Origin: Octopus vulgaris
Taxonomy: Eukaryota
Length of the DNA stretch: 64,000 nt
Direction: 5' to 3'
NCBI GenBank assembly: GCA_951406725.2
Contig: OX597826.1
Span: 27,342,001-27,406,000, forward strand
The position numbers and the translations under genes are program-made. Of the stretch, positions 58,048 through 64,000 are shown in pieces. Below the pieces are notes generated by a model. That model worked only from the letters and a program-made list of their open reading frames with translations. It was not told the DNA's origin and made no database searches. Numbering within the stretch: the stretch's first letter is position 1; every line of letters begins with the position of its first letter.

Positions 58048-58048
<1 letters not shown>
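57828..58048 (+). mobile_element. SINE family B, best-preserved copy (more than 10 copies in the window)
   Basis: GAGCTGGCAGAACCGTTAGCAC..GAGTTCAAATTCC B box; central TTTCATCCTTTCGGGGTCGATAAATTAAGTACCAG. Confidence 0.85.
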
Positions 58049-58099
<51 letters not shown>

Positions 58100-58561
58100 A
58101 TGTGTGATACAAATGTACATATTTGTATGTATTATGCATATATATATGCATATACATACATATATATATATATATAGTTATTTGTGCGTATATTTTAATG
58201 ATTACTTTTGTAAGCGTCCGTTTACATGAATACACACACACATACACATACACACATATATATATTTATGAATGTATACGTGTGTATTCATCTGTGCTGT
58301 AATATGCATATGTTTGTACATTTATTTCCAAGTGTGTATTCATTTGTTTGTGGACATCCATACATGTATGCAAGCGGACATATGCTCATCCGTGCGTGCC
58401 ATAATCTGTATGTGTCCGTGTGCGTCCTATCTATTAATCTGTATATGTCCCCTTATGATATTCAGTGTGTACGTGTGTGTATATGAGTATGTGTGTGTAC
58501 TTGTGTGTAGTAATGTGCTGTTGGTTGTCCTTTTCAAGTGAACAATCTAATCGATTATTAG

Positions 58562-58653
<92 letters not shown>

Positions 58654-58676
58654 TTATTATAATTATTATTATAATT

Positions 58677-58748
<72 letters not shown>

Positions 58749-59194
58749 GTTCCTATCTTTTCTCCTGTTCCTCGCATCCGCTTGTTTCGACATCTCCTTT
58801 TCTTCCATGCTTTCGTGATTGTAAATAGTGTTGTTATTGCTGTTGTTGTTGTTGTTGTTATTGTTTATTTTCATGTCGTCACCATGTTGTTGATGAACGC
58901 TACGACGACGACGACGACGACGACGACAAGAATGGGAATGAAGCTGGTGGCGATGAAGACAATATTGATGATGGCGATGATGATGATAATGATGATGACG
59001 ATGACGATTAGGAAGTCCGTGGTGAGAATGACGACGATAACAGTAACAATGGTGATGACAATGATGATGATTATGATGACGATCATACTCGTGATCATTA
59101 TCATAATCAATCATTTATTGCTCCCTCCCCATCTCTCTCTCTCTCTCTCTCTCTTCATCTATCTCTCACTCTTTATCGTTCCTTTACTCACTTC

Positions 59195-59600
59195 TATCCC
59201 CGCTTCTTCTCCTCCTTCTCCTCCTCTTTCTTCTTTTCTTCTTTTTCCTCGTCTCCTCCTCCTCCTTCTTCTTCTTCATCTTCTTCTTCTCCTCCTCCTT
59301 CTTCTTCTTCTTCTTCTTTTCTTCTCCTTCCTCTTCTTCTTCTTCTTCTCCTTCCTCTTCTTCTTCTTTTTCTTCTTCTTCTTCTCCTCCTGCTGCTGCT
59401 CCTGCACCTCCTTCTTCTTCTTCTTCTTCTTCTTCTTCTTCTTCTTCTTCTTCTTCTTCTTCTCCTCCTCCTCCTGTTCCTGCTCCTCCTCCTTCTCCTT
59501 CTTCTTCTTCTTCTTCTTCTTCTTCTCCCCCTTCTTCTCCTTTTTATCTTCTTCAGCACGGTCCCCGCCGCTACCATCTTCATCATCATCTTCTTCATCG
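59195..59600. repeat. Polypyrimidine (CTT)/(CTC) tract
   Basis: Directly visible. Confidence 0.95.
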
Positions 59601-60759
59601 TCGCCGTTCGTTACCGTTGTCGTCGCCATTACTATTATTATACAGCCGCAAGAAATACAATACAACGCAACACAGTACAATGCAATAATCTCATACAATA
59701 GGAACAGATCGATATTAACCAATCTTAGGATTTTATCGATTTGATATAGTTGCGGTGGACGTGGTAGTGGTTACGTAGGAGTTTTGGTAGCGGTACGGAG
59801 TGGTGAAAAGCGGTTTGGTGTGGTGTGAACCACACGGTCCGTTGGTGAAAACAATTAACGGTTAGTTTTGTAATGGCAGTCCAGGTAAGAAGAACGGACA
59901 ACTGTGTGTATAGATTAATTCCTCCGCCGCCTTATTCACCGCCGCCAACACAATCGCCATCATTTGTCTAACGTCGTCAGGGCTATCGTCACAGTTGTTC
60001 GTTGTTTAATGTCGGCCATATTGTTTCGGAAGAATTCGTTTGCGTTGACAATGAAATGGCAAAGTCTAATTAAAATATCGTTAAAGATCTGAATTGCGTT
60101 CATGTTTGCCAAGCGTGATTCAACGACAATTGTTGTTGTTGTTAATAGTGGTGGTGGTGGTGGTATTGTCGTTGATGTTAACGTTGATGTCATTGTTGCT
60201 GGTGTTGGTGTTGGTGTTGGTCGTTTAAACTAATTCAGGATTTTACACTACTGTTATATTTCGTTAACTATTGTTACCTTATATTGTTATTATAACGTGT
60301 TGTTGTCCTTATTGAGCCCTTGGTCAGTCCCTTTATTACTAGATCTCTGATCACAAGCATTGCTATTATAACCACCCCTTCTTCTTTATATCTGGAGAAT
60401 GTACAAACAATAAATAACATAAACACACATCTAAACCGCCATGCAGATGGATCGAAACTAGAACATTGTGATCGTCATTCGAACTTCTTAACTAGCATTG
60501 TAGAGTGCATGAAGCGAAACTATTCCGGCTAAAGTGATGAAGTCGATTGAATCTACTTCACTACTGCATTCGTACTTCATCTTGAAGCTGAGCGGTAAGC
60601 AGACTGCTTCCCAGCCGCATGGTTCTGGGTTCAGTCCAACTGTGTGGCACCTGGCAAGTGTTTTCTGCAATAGCATCGGACCAACCAAGCCTTGTAAGTG
60701 GATTTGGTAGACGGAAACTGAAAGAAGCCCGTCGTACATATATATTATGTTCTTTGATT

Positions 60760-61011
60760 CTTTTATTCTTTTACTTGTTTCAGTCATTTGAGTGCGGCCA
60801 TGCTGGAGCAGCGCCTTTTTTGTCGAGCAAATCGACCCCATGACTTATTCTTTGGAAGCCTTGTACTTATTCTATCGGGGTCTTTTGCAGAACCACTAAG
60901 TTACAGGGACGTAAACACACCTACCGGTTGTCAAGTGATGTTCGAGAGACAAACACTGACACACAGAAACACACACACACACGCACGCACACAAACACAT
61001 GCACACACACT

Positions 61012-61070
<59 letters not shown>

Positions 61071-61230
61071 GCCGCGCTTCTTTCAGTTTCCATCTACCAA
61101 ATCCACTCGCATGCTTTTGGTCGGCTCGTGGCTATAGTAGAAGCCATTCGCCCAAGGTGCCACGCAGTGGGTCTGAACCCAAAACCATGTGGTTGGTAAG
61201 CAAGCTACTTACCACACAGCCACTCCTCCA
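60760..61230 (-). mobile_element. SINE family A copy, adjacent to a plus-strand head at 60590-60740
   Basis: Reverse match to family A. Confidence 0.85.
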
Positions 61231-61953
61231 TTAATAATGAAGGGTACTACTTAGTCGAACGCTTCATTCTTAATTGATAATTTTGCCTTTATGTTTCTTT
61301 TACGCATGCTAGTCGCTAATATTGTAAATTATTAACCGGGCAATATCCTTATATATATTTATATACATGTGTGCATGTCTATATGTATGTAAATATGCAT
61401 GTATGTATGTACGTATATATCTGTATATATCTACGTGTCTGTGTCTCTGCGTTTGTACTTGTCCCCCACCATCTCTTAACAGCCAGTGTTGCGTTCAAGT
61501 CCCTGTAATATTGCGGCTCGGAAGAAAACATACCTACAGAATGTGTACTACAGAATGTCCTGGGGTCGATTTGTTCAACTAAAAGCTCGTTAAGGAGGTG
61601 CTCCAGCATGGCCGCAGTCAGATGATTAAAATTTTCAGTGTTTGGTCGCATTGCATTCAGGAAATCTCGCTAAACAGCTCATTTCATGGGTCATACAGAG
61701 CAAGTTTTAACTTACATTTCCTGATTAAATATTGGCTTCAAATTTCGGCACAAGGCCAGTGTTTTGGTGGGTGAAAGCTTGTAGATTACATCGACCCCAG
61801 TGATCAACTAGTACGTATTTTATCGACCCAGGAAGGATCAAAGGCGAAGTCGACTTCGGTGGAATTTGAGCTCAGAACATAAAGACGGACCAAATACTAA
61901 CATTTTTGTGAGCTCGCCGCTACAGAGCTTAATTACATAATATGTAATTAGGT

Positions 61954-62256
61954 TGTTTGTTCCTTCTCGAGCTACACCTGGCTCATTAGGGCCGGTTTTC
62001 CAGTTTTCTTGGCGTATAGGTTCCCCACCTGGACGGGAAGTCGGTCCGTCGAAGGTGAGCTGCAAGATGCAGGAGGAAAGAGTGAGAGAAATTTGTGGTG
62101 AAAGAGTCAGCAGAAGTTCGCCAGTACCTTCTGCCGGAGCCGCGTGGATCTTAGGTGTTTCGCTCATAGACACACACATCGCCCGGTCTGAGATTCGAAC
62201 TAGCGATCTCTCGACCACAATTTCGCTGCTCTAACCACTAGGCCATGTGCTTCCAC
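61954..62256 (-). mobile_element. tRNA-derived SINE related to family C, with 12-bp TSD
   Basis: Reverse-complement head TGGCCTAGTGGTTAGAGC..GTTCGAATCTC; ATGTAATTAGGT at 61942-61953 and 62257-62268. Confidence 0.8.
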
Positions 62257-62273
62257 ATGTAATTAGGTACATG

Positions 62274-63179
62274 CTTGACCAACTTACTAGTAATGGAAGA
62301 ATTGGTGACGCGCATCCTCGATGATAGTGATGCTGTTGACATCGTTTTATTGGACTTTGCCAAAGCTTTTGACTCGGTAAACCACCGCCTACTACTTGTC
62401 AAGCTTCAAGCATATAGTTTCCATCCGGATATTGTACGATGGGTTGGTGCCTTCCTCTCAGATCGCTCCTTCCAAGTTCAAGTTAATGGTTCGCGGTCCG
62501 ACGTCTCCAGTGCGAGCAGTGGCGTGCCTCAAGGTTCAGTGCTTGGGCCCTTGTTGTTCTTAGTCTTCATAAATGACTTGCCCGACGACCTCACGCAACA
62601 CACCCTTCTATTTGCCGACGATATCAAACTGGTCGCTCCTCGCGGTAGTATAGAGGATCTTCGTCGATGCCTCCACCAAATTTGGAAGTGGTCTAACGAT
62701 TGGGACCTGTGTCTTAACGTGTCAAAGTGCTGTCATCTGCCTGTCGGCTCTACTCCTGCAACTCAACTTGATTTCGAGCCGGGTCGTCTGCTGCTGGAGA
62801 TGACCGATCAGGTAAAGGACCTGGGTATCTTGGTGGATTCCTCCTTTTCGCCTTCGGCCCAGTGCGTCCATGCTGCCAACAAAGCGCGCGGAATTCTGTT
62901 TTTGATTCGACGGTCATTCGGAATGCTCACAGCAGCCATATTCCTGCCACTCTATGTCACGCTGGTGAGACCCATATTGGAGTATGGGATTCAAGCCTCT
63001 TCTCCTTATCTCCTCAAAGACATACAGCACCTCGAAAGAGTCCAGAGGCTGGCTACCCGCATGGTTCATGGTCTCAAAAATTTGTCCTACGAAGAAAGGC
63101 TGTACTTAACTCCATGTCCCCCTACATGGCCTTGCTATTTGCTTTTGAGCCAAATTAACTAACTAACTAACTAACTAAC
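62274..63179 (+). mobile_element. 5'-truncated CR1/L2/Jockey-group LINE (RT fragment) with (TAAC)n tail
   Basis: Open frame 62275-63162: LDFAKAFDSVNH, SGVPQGSVLGPLLF, LFADDIKL, VKDLGI, LVRPILEY, LERVQR, LSYEERL; ACATG on both flanks. Confidence 0.92.
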
Positions 63180-63804
63180 ATGTGATGAAATATCACAAAA
63201 CATTTTGTCTGACATTCAACCATTTTCTCCCCCAGTTTTCCTGCTCGAGTTTACAGCAATGAAACTAATATAGGCATAGGGACTTGCATTTGATTGGAGA
63301 ATATTAGTGGATAACTTCCACTTCACTATTTGACTGGGGTTTTATTTTACCAACCCTGGATGGATGAAAGACACATTTGACGTCGGCGTAATTTGAACTA
63401 AGTATCTAAAGTACCAAAATCTTTAGCCCTTCGCAAAATGTTTGACCCTACGTTCTCACAATTCTAGCACGCCACCAACGCGAACTTATGGTAATACTGC
63501 ATTGAATAATTACATGGCTTTCTCTAGTAGAAATGATGGAAGTGTTTAAGAGATGGAAAACAGTTAAGTCAGATGTTACTGAATATTTTTATAAGCATCA
63601 TAATGAGAGTATATTTAATCGGAAGGACGTTTATTGAGAGTAGTTTCAATCAGCAACCTTAGAAGTTCCAAAGCACAACCCACCGTATCTTGAGACACGC
63701 TAAGCGGCAGCCATTACAGGTTAGAAAAAGATTTATACTTATTCGTTATCTCTGAAAGGGAATAATACTAGAAGATTACATATTAATAGATGTGCCTATG
63801 TGTA

Positions 63805-63919
<115 letters not shown>

Positions 63920-64000
63920 ATTAATCGTACTGACATCGTTATCTATCTTTTTTGGTTCAAAAACATTATATTGCTTTTTGATTAATGGAATTGGCTAAGC

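Noticed and set aside
58782-59744. 320-aa hydrophobic ORF
   Set aside because: Composite of trinucleotide repeats.

Overview
AT-rich, microsatellite-saturated eukaryotic non-coding DNA; the repeat content points to an octopus/coleoid cephalopod (inference, not searched). No host protein-coding gene is supported, and nearly all ORF-track entries are translations of (TA)n, (CA)n, (TAA)n and (GATA)n tracts. The real protein remnants all belong to mobile elements: a 5'-truncated R4/Dong-type retrotransposon (RT, CCHC, restriction-like endonuclease) and relatives sitting in (TAA)n tracts, a CR1/L2-group RT fragment, an L1/Tx1-type ORF1 with no ORF2, and mariner, Tc1-like, hATm-like and RTE remnants. 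Several tRNA-derived SINE families are also present. The main signal is at least six apparently unrelated families of short non-coding elements, each carrying a minimal type-I hammerhead ribozyme fold. Core variants include U4C and a compensatory U3:A8 pair. Most copies are inverted duplications with both 3' ends facing outward, two have 12-13 bp target-site duplications, and one family joins a tRNA-like Pol III head, a (TAA)n spacer and the hammerhead. All alignments and folds were done by eye, so boundaries are approximate unless exact sequence is quoted.
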